Assembly: GCA_008632985.1 (NCBI GenBank)
Contig: QPGO01000333.1
Coordinates: forward strand, 1-53,335
Source of the DNA: Psammoneis japonica
Lineage: Eukaryota
Length of the DNA: 53,335 bases
Direction: 5' to 3'
The first letter of the stretch is position 1, and the number at the start of each line of letters is the position of its first letter. Under the pieces are notes generated by a model, which worked only from the letters and a program-made list of their open reading frames with translations, did not search any database and was not told the DNA's origin. Both the position numbers and the translations under genes were made by a program. Below, in pieces: positions 23,459 through 35,247 of the stretch.

Positions 23459-25307
23459 GGATGGATCGATGTTCAGCGGTCGATTTTATTTAGAGCTCGT
23501 AAATGTTTAAAAATGACCCGGATTTTTCGTGCTGTCAATGCGCTTGTTCGCCAAAAAAAATTCAGCGACAGGTCGAACTTTGTCCGTTTGTAAGACATCA
23601 TAGAATGCATTGACAATGAACATTGAGGCACGTTCCCACCCTGACAATTTCGGCCGTAAAACAAACACAATTTGGCCAAATTTACGCATTTACGGGCATC
23701 AGGCTGGGAACGAATTTGATCGGCAAAAAAGATCAAAATCTCATGTCGAGCTCGGCGAGGACGCTGCAGCACGTACAGTGCACGCTGCAGCACTGTTTGC
23801 ACTGCTCTCTTTAGCCAGAGCTGCCAGAGAGACATCACAACATTGTCAGTGACCATTGTTGTCCATTTTGCGATTGCTCTGCGGCAACCAAAGACTCATG
23901 ATGACACCAGCGAAGGCTAGAAGAAAAGCGTCCAATGTCCAATCCACTGGCAAGAGTTGCAGAGAGAGCAGAAAGACGCACAAAACGATGGCATGCAGTG
24001 AGGCTGCAGCATGTGAATCTGCCAAATGAAATTTCTGCAGCACCAAGTTGCCAAAAGGCACTGTTCATAGCTCTGGCGGTTTTCCAATGGCCTGGATCCA
24101 TTTCAAAGAGCAAAAAAACACAGAGCAAGACACAGAGAAGGGCTGCAGAAAACAGAGCAAGGCACTGTGAGGCACACCGCCGATTCACATTGACCCCCAC
24201 CAGCGTCATTGTCCCAGATCATGACAAGGTTGATGAAACAAGTGCACACAGCCTTCTTCACAGTCATGTCACATCACAACCGAGCACAAGCCTTGCTGTT
24301 GTCGACATGACCAAAATTCTTGTGTTCTTGACTCTTGACCGTCAATCAAGTGACAACCTTCAGCACACACCAAAGAACCACCTCAACGCAACATCAGATC
24401 ATGCATTTCTGCAAAGATTTGGCCTCAAGTCTGCAGACGTGTGAGTTGTGAAGAATCCCAACGTGCAATCTGAGCAAGAGAAACAAAGACACATCAAAAA
24501 TGCCATCAGTCGACACGGTCGTCGCAAGCCACAACAACAACAAAAACTCAAGATTCTGACCAATTGATTGCATCAAGCACAGTCTCATTGACCTGTCTCT
24601 ACATTCTCACCTTCGTAGACAGGACGGTCATTCGTGCATGAACGGGTCCGTTCATGGCAGCAGCCATCATGGTTGTTGTGCGGATCGGAGTGGATTGAGA
24701 AAGAAATGCTGTAAAATGGGGAGCTTGTGACGTGGCACGTTCGAGCTCCCAAAACGCCAAATTTGCCTTGAAAATTACATTTGCGGCAAAGAATTTACGA
24801 TGACCGACACCTGTCATCATAATTTGCTGATGGTTCCTGCTGTAAATTGAAGGATGGAAAACAGACGTGCGATTTTTCTTGTGCGAGAGTTTCCACAGGA
24901 ATTTTGTGTAGAACGAAATTACACTCATTTTGCGGCCGAAATTGTTGGGGTGGGAACGTGCCCAAGGTTTGGGATCTCTAGAATGACGACCGCAGATGTG
25001 TCCACAGCCAGTCAAACGCCAATTGTCGGCCTTTCCTGGAAAGTTGCGGCTCATCTGCCATCAACAGTCCGATTTTGGCGAAAAACAGCGGTTTGTCGAA
25101 TACAACAACCGCACCCAATGCGACAATTGGCGTTTGAAGGTTGACAAGTGTAGTTCACATAAAGGTCCAACAGCCCTGATGGTGGCTAGACACACACATG
25201 AGTGTTTGGGGGTGCTCAGAGGCATCGCAAAATGACACGGGCGAAGCACGAGAAAATTACAAAATCACAAGCCATTTTAAAAAATGCCGCTAAACATCAA
25301 TCCAGCC
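23459..25307. mobile_element. Non-autonomous Kolobok-like DNA transposon
   Basis: TIR GGATGGATCGATGTTCAGCGG vs right reverse complement GGCTGGATTGATGTTTAGCGG; inner inverted match 23624-23661 vs 24929-24966; flanks TTAA (23455-23458) and TCAA (25308-25311); purine-purine termini with TTAA fit Kolobok rather than piggyBac. Confidence 0.6.
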
Positions 25308-25315
25308 TCAAGGCC

Positions 25316-25516
25316 TGGGTCTCATGGCTGCTGGCCGAAGAGTCGTCGTTGTGAAAGAGTCTGTCAATCAGTGTGTTCGGGGGAGTTTTGGCCAGATTCA
25401 GTGAACGCTGGACAGACTCAATGTTTTGCTGTTGCCGGTGCATGAAAACTGCACTGGCAAACAAAAGACTTGCTGATGACAAGCAGACTTTCTTTAGCCA
25501 GAAGCGGGCGTCCCCC
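25316..25516. mobile_element. Diverged relative of the 14643-14853 MITE
   Basis: Shares GAAAGAGTCTGTCAATC..GTGAACGCTGGACAGACT with 14744-14797 (inverted) and has weak arms GCTGCTGGCCGAAG / CTTTAGCCAGAAGC. Confidence 0.45.
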
Positions 25517-25913
25517 AAAATCCAGTTGAGAACAACAATGCTGGGCTGGGCAAAAGAAGAAAGGATGACCTTGTGAGTCTGTCCGTGAAGGGTGTGCGCA
25601 GCAAAAGACTTTGGTTTCCCATGCTTTTTTCGTAATCTCACCCTCTTTGCACCCAAGTTTAGATGGAGACGCCTGGGAAGCAGCCAGCACATCCGGGGTT
25701 TGGCAAACTTGAACAAGATGCTTTTTGGAGGAGGGCACCTCCAGGCCAAGATGACCGGTCACAGTTGAGGTCCTCCCTGCTGTGACCAGTCAAACACTCG
25801 GTTTTCCAACCACTCACTTTTCCAGCTTTGCCAGAGAAAGGAACCCTGGTCAATGTGACTGGATCACGCACAAGCTCTGGACAAGCACAATTTTTTTCTG
25901 CCTCTCTCCCACC

Positions 25914-28052
25914 ATGTCTGACTTTTTTGCTTCTGGTCTCGAGGACGAAGACTTCATCCAACTCGCCCATCAGATCAAATCAGATGTGGTTTTGCCTTTT
26001 TTGATGACAACTCCTTCGTCTCCGTTGCCTCGGGACCCTTCCTTGGGGTCGGGTCTTCAGGGGGGTCATCAGGGCTCAAGTCATCAGCAGGGCTTGAGCT
26101 TGGGTGATCAGGGTTGTTGCCAAGAGTCATTTGCCCAGGCGGCAGACATCGAGCGGGCTGAGCTCGGAGAGGTCATCTCTCCTCGGTTTGAGCTTGCTGA
26201 AGGTTTGGGCAATCCGAAAATGATGACAGAATTGAAATCTCGCATGGATTTCTTCTCCATGGGAGAGAATGCAGGAGCTCGGGACATGCTCACTCAGGAG
26301 AGGAGGAAGGTGCGTCTCCTTCGCTGAGTGTGCCTTGTCATCGTGTCGGTTGGTTGGAAGGGTTCAATGCCAATCAGTGCTTCAGCATTGAGGGAGGCGG
26401 CACAACGTTCTGTCTGAAAAAGGCCTCTGAGTGCAAGGTCAAACACAAGGGTGACAAGAAGACGCTTGGGGAGAATGGGACAGTCGTGACCCTGAAGACT
26501 CCGGACACTGGTTTTTGTCAGCCAACATTGGATGGATCTCTCATTTTGGCCAACTCATTGGTCAAGTGGGAATCCACTTCTGACACTTCCCAGCCGTCAG
26601 CAACTGTGAGAACAAGGAATGTCATGACGCCGCTGCCTGCAAAACGCCAGCTCGGGGAAGGAAGGATCCTGCGCCCCCATCCACCCAGTTCGGGACCTTT
26701 GTCCCTTGTCAGCCTGTGATTGCAGCTGCCCCGACCAAATTCCTTGCTGGGAACAAGAGCTCTTTGGCTTTGGCGAGGGCAGTGCAGTCCTCAGAGTCAA
26801 ATCTGTTGGACACGGGTCAGGTTGTCTTAGAACTTGGGCGCAAGGGAAGGACCGAGGGCAAGGAGACAGAGTCCACCCTCCAAATCTTAAGCCGGAAGTT
26901 GGATCAACTGGATTCTGCCATTGGAACACCGCCCCCAGGCTTTGACCAGAGTGTTGAGGCACCAACAATTTGGGGGACTTTGGCCAACCTTGCTTCGGGT
27001 GAGAGATCTCAAACCCCTCCAATTGACTCTCGGCTGTGGGAGGGTGAGTCATCCCGGATGGAATCATCCGGTCCATGCGACGACTGATGGGATGGCAGCT
27101 GCTTTTGAAGCCAAGTTCCTGAGCTTGCAGAACAGCTTGGGCAATTTTGCTTCGCGGTCAGACTTGGGCAAGCTCAGGACTGGAGTCCTTGCGGCATGCA
27201 ACCAATTGTTGAACAGGGTGCACAATCTTGAGGGCCAAGGAGGAGTCCAGAGGGGTGTGGCTTGCAACTCAACTGGGCTGTGTCCTGATTCTGTAGAGCA
27301 AGGTCTGGTTTGTTTGGATCGGAGTGTGAGTGAGCTGAAAGCCCATTTTCTGATGAGACAGCGGCCAAGTTCTCGGGCGTTGGAGTTTCTTCCTTCTCTG
27401 AATGTCAGGCCTGGATGGTGCAACATTTTTCATCACGTGCGCACGGGTGCCTCACTGACATTAATTTGTTGCTCGATCGAATCTTGGGAATTGAGCCAAC
27501 GGCTCAACATCATTTCCTGGCAGGTTCGGCAAAGCGGGTGGATCTCAAGATCAAAACCGAGGAGGATGATCGGACTTTGGCCAGTTGCCAACACAGCATG
27601 CCCCGAATCCTGGATTCTGGTGCATCGAAAGGGGCTCAAACACCCGGGATCCACCCATTGTTTCTGGATAAAATGCCTGCACACAAACACTGGACCTCAG
27701 GGAGCAAAGGGACCAAACACTTCATTGTGGATCAGATTGGCACTGTCGAGTCCAACATTTTACATGACATTGGACAGTGGATTCCCTCAGGATTGTTCGA
27801 AAGTCAGGTGGTGCGGGATGCCTTGTCGAAATCGGTCATGTTCGCACAAGCTCTTGTCCAATTCATGGATGAGATGCATGGCTCTCTTGCAAAGTTGAGT
27901 GAGTTCTCTCAGAAACAGGCGTGGTCCCCAACCACTCGCCTTGTCCACAGGATCTTCAAGGACATTGACAAGGTCAGGTCAGGTGTGTTCAGACGCAGTG
28001 TGTGGCCAGATTCTGTGGGCGGCATTTTGGGTCCAGGATGTCATGGCAGACT
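25914..28052 (+). pseudogene. Decayed ORF1/gag-like gene, possibly from a DIRS/Ngaro-type YR retrotransposon, truncated at its 3' end
   Basis: Frameshifted coding blocks CFSIEGGGTTFCLKK..C..KH, APTIWGTLA, AWSPTTRLVHRIFKDIDKVRSGV, ILWAAFWVQDVMA resemble diatom retroelement ORF1 proteins as I recall them; no RT present. Confidence 0.4.
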
Positions 28053-28545
28053 CATCAGAGTGCACGATGTTGTGACATCTGCATGCATGACAAAATTGTG
28101 TTGCCACATTGTAAAATTTGCTTGTCTGCACATGACGGTTTTTGTCATTTGGTTGATTGTTCAATCTCCTGCCATTCTTCATTTTTGAACACAGATGCTT
28201 TTTAATTTTTGTGCTCTGCCTTTTTCACAACAACTGACGATCTTTAACGAAAAGCCAAACATTGCAATTGCATGCAATGAAATTTTCATCATGCAAAGTG
28301 TGCACTTGTCATTTGGTCAATGACTGTGCTCCAACCAGCCTGTTCGTCCGCATCATCCTCTTCATTCCACATGTCTTGTCAGCTCTCTTGCAAGAATTTC
28401 AAATGTGCTGCTGCCGCGTTGGATGTTTCCTTGTCACCGTTCCAAAAAAGCCACACTGCATTTCTTGCATTTGGGTGAACATCATCGAGAGGAAAAGGTC
28501 CCTCGAAACGCAGAATCGCATCGCTGCTCCCCTCTTGACGTCGTG

Positions 28546-28913
28546 TGCACTATGCTCGAAGAACGAGTGTAAACGAAAGTAGAATAGTGTACGAAAAAGT
28601 GGAAATTATAAGATTGAATTTTGCTCTGTGATTTTTGGTTTCTCCGAACGAGTTCTCAATGGCCTAAAGCTTCTGTACTGCTTCTACAGACAAAAGGCCT
28701 TTCGGAGAATATATTCGTGACAACAGATTGTCCGGATACGATTGCCATTGACACGTAAGATGTCAACATCGTCAATCGATCGTATTTGCAATTCTCGACA
28801 TCCGATCAACTCTGTGTGATCGTTCTGTCCTTTGTACGCATCCACGACTGTGGTACGATTGACATATAAATAATATATAATCATAAATATGTATATAACA
28901 GTCGCATACTGCA
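28546..28913 (-). repeat. Gypsy 3' LTR
   Basis: About 4 differences from 32904-33271 by eye. Confidence 0.95.
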
Positions 28914-28939
28914 TTCGCCTCCCTAATTGCACATTAGAG

Positions 28940-31900
28940 TCATTTGTTAAGTGGATTATTCGACGGATATTGACAGTGTCAATAATGTCTCCACGTTCAC
29001 TGTATTGTGCCATTAGTAATGACTGTTGTCGTTTTGTATAGGCCATGTGGGGCCGTTCCAATTTCCGAATGTCTTATGAGAGTGACATCGTTTGTTTCTC
29101 ACTTTATATATATGTATATATAGTATTACGTCGAGTATTCTCGTTGACGTTCTTTGTTGATATGAACACAAGGACTAATTGTCCTGGAGTAAGTGTTTTT
29201 CCTGACATCGATTGTACATAGCATCGTGCCCAGTGCTTAATGTACGCTCTTAATTATGGCGTTCACTTACTTACTTGTGGATTTCATGTAGTTTGGCGGG
29301 CTTACTTTACACGCCACATTGCTCTGCTGCACTGCCACGTTTCATAAGTAACAATGAACGATGGTCAAAGATGTTATGACCATTTCGTCTTGACAATCAA
29401 TCCTGTGATGGTCATGAATTCCATCATGGATTTTTTTTTTTTTGCACTTCAACCATCTATCAGTTGGATTTTAATCGTCACTTGGACATTTCTTTCTGAC
29501 ATGCCGGTGTTATTTTGTCATTCCGAAGGCACTGGTTTCGTGCACTAAGTGGACAAATGTCCATTTTTCTTTTCTTTTTCTTTTTCTAGATCTTTGGCAC
29601 ATCTCGTGTGTCGACATGATGTGCATTTTAATGTCTTGCCTCGCACATTGTACAGTGCAACCGCACGGGTGTTGTGAGATTGTCTTTTGCCAGTGTGAAG
29701 TGGACACGCACAATGCACACCAATCTGTCACTGTTTTTTCCTAAATCGTCCTTTAAAAAGGCGATTTTATCCTTGCGACACGAGCATTTTTGATCTCGCT
29801 CGCCTCCACGAAAAGTGTTCGTATGACATGTCGCGTCCGACAATTTGGAGGGAATGTCTTTATCCCGTTTTAACGGCAGGACATTGTTGCAGGATTCAAT
29901 TTTCTGCAGCAAGTCGGCTGATCGCGTCTGTCGCGACGATGTTCGCCTTGCCCTCGTTGTGTTCTAATTCGGGACTGAAGTTGTCAACGCATGACTTTGT
30001 CCGTTGTGTCTTGTGATCAGCACATGTGCAAATCTGTTGGCCAAACAGCATGTTTCGGAATTTTGTGGGTGTTTTCACTGTGGACAGAAGTTCTTTTTTC
30101 CGTTGTAACGTACAATGTTGAAATCCATGCATGACAACAATGTGGTTTTTGATTTGATGCGCTCCACATTTTCGGAGACTTTTCGTTCCGTACTTGCACT
30201 TTTGCCGTTTGACCTTCATTGAGGTGAATTTGGCTAGCACTGCACAGGAGATCGTTGAGACTGCATGTCTCGATGACAGCAACGTGTGACAACGAGATGT
30301 CGCAGTGTTCTTTGCGTTTTTCTCGTGTTGCGATTGCTTGAATCGCCTCCATTTTCTTTGCAATCGATTGCATGGAAGTCTTGATAGTTTATTTCAAGTT
30401 AAATGGTGAAGGATTTTTGTTGTTGACCTTCCAAGCGACTGTTCTAGTCGTTTGAATGCCGTGTTGAGCTGTCACTTGCACAGGTGATATTTTGAAGTTA
30501 CTTTTGTCAGGCACAAACGATCACATGTGGTCGTTCTGACAACTTCAAACCTGTCATGAGTTCACTCAAGTGTTGTAAAAAAATGTCTGGGGCTCCACAG
30601 ATTCTCATTGGAAGTCCACAGTGCTCATTTTCTCCCCACGGCATGATTTTCGTGTGAGCACGACGTGTGCTTTTTTTGTTTGACATGGTGGCATTCCATG
30701 TTTGAATCAAATAGATTGCACACATGAAACGTTCTTGCTTCAACAGCATTTCCTGAACATTGGGTAAAGGATGCACCACCTGCATGAACCTCATGCTGAG
30801 CTTCTGAGTGTCGGATGCGGTCGAATTCGACCTGTTTTCTTTAGACAATGAGTCTCAGAGCGACTCATTCAGAGCAATTTCATTCTTGAGACTTCAATCT
30901 TTCATAACAGGTCAAACTCCTTTTGATTGGACGCCTCCAAAGACCATGACAGGAGAAGGTTCTCACGCGTCGTGGAATCGCGTCAGATTTTCCACGATGA
31001 GATCCACTGATGCTTCCCACACATTCGTCTGAGGAACTTTTCAAAACGATTTCAACCTCTTAAGAAGAAGATTGAGTTGGTTGTGTTCATTTGGGTTAGA
31101 TGCATCGCCGCAGTTGTCACTTGATTAGGACTGATGGCGTGATGATGTGAGTCGAGGACCATTGGTTCCGTTACCAACTCTATTCACGGCGTCAAATTTT
31201 TCAATGTGATCGGTTTTCAGCTTGAAAACATCGGCATCGAAGAGTGCACGAACATTCTTCATAAGGTGATTGCTTCTTCCCATTAGATTTCTTCATTTGC
31301 GCAGTCCAATGTGACTTGCAGGACTGGACATTAAGTCGCGTCCCATGATCACATCATTCGAACCTGAAGAAAATTTGGTGTTTTCAACATGTGCTGTTTG
31401 AATGTCAGCATGCCTTAAATTTTCGCATAGTGAGAACTGAATTCGGTGTTTACCATCAGTCGTAAAGAGCTCACCCTTGGTTTCCCAAGTTTTTGGTGGC
31501 GGATTCTTGTGTTCTCAACTTTCGCACGAATTTGCGCAAAATTATGGTGACGATGTTCCGTTATCGATAGGAACACGTAGATGCTTTTTTTCTCTCCTTT
31601 CCCAAGGAAGTGTTCATATGAATGATGACTCCTGGACTAGCATGAATTATTTCTGCCTTTTTTCTAGGCTTCCTAATGTCCAGTAAAGCATGTAATTCGT
31701 GAATGGACCAAAATTGTTCTTCGGATTCACTCTGGATCATCCGATCAAATTGGCAATTTTCTTCACTGAGGGTATCAGAATCCAATTCTTTGCCCTCATG
31801 CTCTTTTTCTTTGTTCGAGGAACTCGCTTTGAGTGTTTTTTGAACCGCCTGATCAATCATGACGTTCAACTCTTTTTTTGCGAGCGGCATTTTCGTTATC

Positions 31901-32860
31901 GCGACGCGACCGCGTGCGATTGCCATTTGAACGGCGCATTTTTGGGTCTCTTTCAGAGTCACCCTTGCACTCTTTTGCTAGTTCATTTTTAGAATAGCTT
32001 CAATCCGTGATGTAGGTATTCTTTTTTCAAAGATAAGACCTTGCATTCACTTTGGATTGTTCTGGTACCATATAGGAGACCATTTTTGGAACCAAATTTG
32101 GAACCTTTTTTATTTTGGAACCAACTGCGCTATCAGAGCCTGAGTTGATATGTTTTTTCGTCACGGACGTCATGAACGACCTTTAGATGACTCAAAACTT
32201 AATCAGCTCATCAAGGATGAGTTGCAATAGTTGATTGTTTTGGACAGTAGACTGATGCTGCCATCCTTGCGGTGCGAGTGATAGCTAATGGCTCACGGCT
32301 CGGTTTCCCGCTAGATTCAACATAGAATCGATTGAAGGGTCGTATAGACGCTCTTCATTGACCTCTTGGGTCTAACAGAGGCTTCCTTGCTGTTAAGCAG
32401 CTCTGGTTTCTTCAGATCGTCTTGAAAATAATAATTCTGATTCTGAAGTGCAATTCTTGGAAAGACATGAGATAAGAGACTCTTGAGGTACTTTCCAACG
32501 GTTCCATCTTGCTTTTGGACTCGAGGCTCGTCGATTCGGTCTCTAAAAACTCTCCAATAGTCTCTCCTTGCAAAGTAAATGTATTTCTCGGATCTGATCG
32601 ACTCGGGACTTGCATTCTCTGCAACCATGAATTGGTGTAGATTTTTTGACAATGCGGTGTACTTGTAGAGTCCTTGATCCTTGGATGCTTGGAATAGACC
32701 GTATTAGAACGAATCTTGTCATTTGCTAGACGAAAAACAGCGTTCCATCTTGAGGTGCTGCTCGGATTGAGCTCCTTCCGCTCGGAAATCAATTCTAGCA
32801 GAACTGATGCGATTCGTCCCTGTTTATAGAAGAATTTACAAAGGCACATTAGTTAAAATT
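28940..32860 (-). pseudogene. Gypsy gag-pol remnants, heavily frameshifted and deleted
   Basis: FPRIALQNQ..LKKP (gag), LRVPIDNG (PR), HPLPNVQEMLLK..PWGENEHCGLPM..APDIF (RT), ELLSTV..FRNMLFGQQI..DHK..GKANIVATDAISRL (RH), PGQLV..DTVNIRRI (IN tail). Confidence 0.85.
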
Positions 32861-32903
32861 TTCATTTTCCGTGCTTTTTACCTTCTGTGGTGTGTATACA
32901 CAA

Positions 32904-33271
32904 TGCACTATGCTCGAAGAACGAGTGTAAACGAAAGTAGAGTGGTGTACGAAAAAGTGGAAATTATAAGATTAAATTTTGCTCTGTGATTTTTGGTTTC
33001 TCCGAACGAGTTCTCAATGGCCTAAAGCTTCTGTACTGCTTCTACAGACAAAAGGCCTTTCGGAGAATATATTCGTGACAACAGATTGTCCGGATACGAT
33101 TGCCATTGACACGTAAGATGTCAACATCGTCAATCGATCGTATTTGCAATTCTCGACATCCGATCAACTCTGTGTGATCGTTCTGTCCTTTGTACGCATC
33201 CACGACTGTGGTACGATTGACATATAAATAATATATAATCATAAATATGTATATAACAGTCGCATGCTGCA
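32904..33271 (-). repeat. Gypsy 5' LTR
   Basis: Direct repeat of 28546-28913. Confidence 0.95.
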
Positions 33272-33877
33272 CGTGTTGTCTGCTTCTTTTTCTCTTTCTT
33301 CATTTGCCCGTCCCATTTTTCTCTCCCTTCTTCCTCTTGGCGCCACCTGTTTTTGCTGTCTCCAGCGTCTTTCCATCCGAATCCTTCTTTTTCATTGATC
33401 CCGTCACCGTTGCCTTCATCGTGTGTCACTTTGTTTTGGATCCATGTTTCTGACTTCTCTCTGTGCTGTCTCCATTTCCAAATGTTTCTTTGTGATTGTT
33501 CGCATGCGTCACTTGAAGGCACCCACGTTTTCTTCATGCACCTTAATGCATGTGTAGAAATCCATGTTGTTTTCCAGTGCATGCACCCTTTCTCCTGATG
33601 CATGTTTGCACAATGTTTTCTTCCATCAATTCTACACTCTGCATTGCCCTTTCCCGGCACAATCTCACGCAGGATTTCCCTGGGAGAAGTCACATGCGCG
33701 TCTGACAGGTTTTTGTGTTTAAAACTCCAAATCACACCAGGCGCGCATGCAACTTCTCCCGCGCACCACTCTGGTGTAATTCTGTGGAAACCAGAATTTT
33801 GTGACTGACGCACGACCAATCTGGTGAATGCAATGGCGGACCCACGACCACAACAATCAGAGCACCAGAAGAAAACC

Positions 33878-34964
33878 ATGTCAGATGAACTCCTTTCATC
33901 TGCTGATGAGGATTTCCGTCGCCGGATGATGGAGCCAGTTGATGGTTTTGTTCACGCTGATGCTGCTCATTGTTCGGAGGAACAGATGGCAAAGGATGCA
34001 AAGGCTGCTGTGTCAAGACAGGCAGAAGCAATGGCAGAAGCCCGTTGTGCCATTGTGGCTGCAACGACCGCACTTGAGATTGCTTTGTTAAATCCAGCAA
34101 CAACCACTGGCAAATTTAAGCACATCTGTGTGCAGTGCACCAAGCCATTGATCAAGACACACTGTTCAGACATCGACTGCATTGTTGCAGTGGAAAATTG
34201 CAGTGAAGCGGAAATGAGTTTTCAACGCTTTCTTGACGGCAACGCATTTGATGCAAAAGAACTGGGGCTCCCAATCTCCATTGTGGGACATCAAAAATCA
34301 GAGTTGAGGCTGCACATGCTGCACAGCTGTGGCTCGACGTTGCTTCTGAGAAGCCTCAGGGCCAATTCTGACACAGATGCCACAAGAGCAGCAGAGAGGG
34401 AGCAATCTGCGATTGACAGCATCAACAAATCCATCCACTGCCGTGCCGTGCCACTCCTTCGAAGGCATGTTGCTCCACAAGGCCCTTGACAATTTGAGAA
34501 GGAAAGACATTGCCTTGCAGCGACAGTGGCAAGCTTTGTATGATCTGAGGCCAGGCACAGATCAAATGCATGGAGGGATGTGGACCGCGATTCGGGCTGT
34601 GGACGAAGAAGCCGTGGCAAGAGAAAGGGTCCTGCAGCTGGCATTGCAAATCGAGGCACAATTGGTGGCTGTCAACCAGCCTGACCACAGCGCCGACTTT
34701 CAGCAGGCGATTGTGGCTGCCAGGGAACATTTCATGGTGCAGGATGACCAAATGGACCGTGCAAGTGGACACTGCATAGAATCCATGAGGAAGCAATTGC
34801 TCCAAAACTGCACACATCTGATGCGTCAAGAGTTTCCTGTCGTGTCGGTGGTTGGGAAAGCCTTCCGATCAGGAAGAAGCTCATCTTGGAGTTTCAGAAG
34901 AAGACATCAGAACGAAAGTGACAGAAGGTGCTCGTGCCGCGCTGCTTCACATGCACCACAATGA
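33878..34964 (+). pseudogene. Decayed accessory ORF of the Plavaka element (helical protein, unknown function)
   Basis: Two overlapping protein-like frames (33824..34489, 34377..34964) joined by a frameshift, convergent with the transposase. Confidence 0.4.
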
Positions 34965-35247
34965 CTTTGCCAATTCTGAAAGGATCAAACTCATCATGTT
35001 TGCAAAAAAGAGTTGGGAAATCACTGTGAGTGAATGACAGATTGACACACGCACCCCATTTTAGAAACAAATCTGACCAACACTTCCTTCTGTCCTGTGC
35101 AGCCCAAACAAATGGGGCCTTTTCTTGCGCTTCTGCTGCTCCTGGACATTCTTCACAAACCAAAACATTGTCCCCAATTGCTTTGACAGGGACAACACGT
35201 GACTTGGGTGAGTGCTGAGTCTTCTCAGGCGTTGAAAGCCATTTGTT

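Larger units (their letters stand above)
28546..33271 (-). mobile_element. Ty3/gypsy LTR retrotransposon, internally degenerate (non-autonomous)
   Basis: 368-bp TG..CA LTRs, 4-bp TSD CGTG (28542-28545, 33272-33275), PPT AGGGAGGCGAA on the minus strand next to 28913, remnants in order gag-PR-RT-RH-IN. Confidence 0.95.

Noticed and set aside
28684..29061. ORFs 28684..29061 and 33042..33272 as genes
   Set aside because: They mostly read through LTR sequence; only the first ~40 codons of the former are integrase tail
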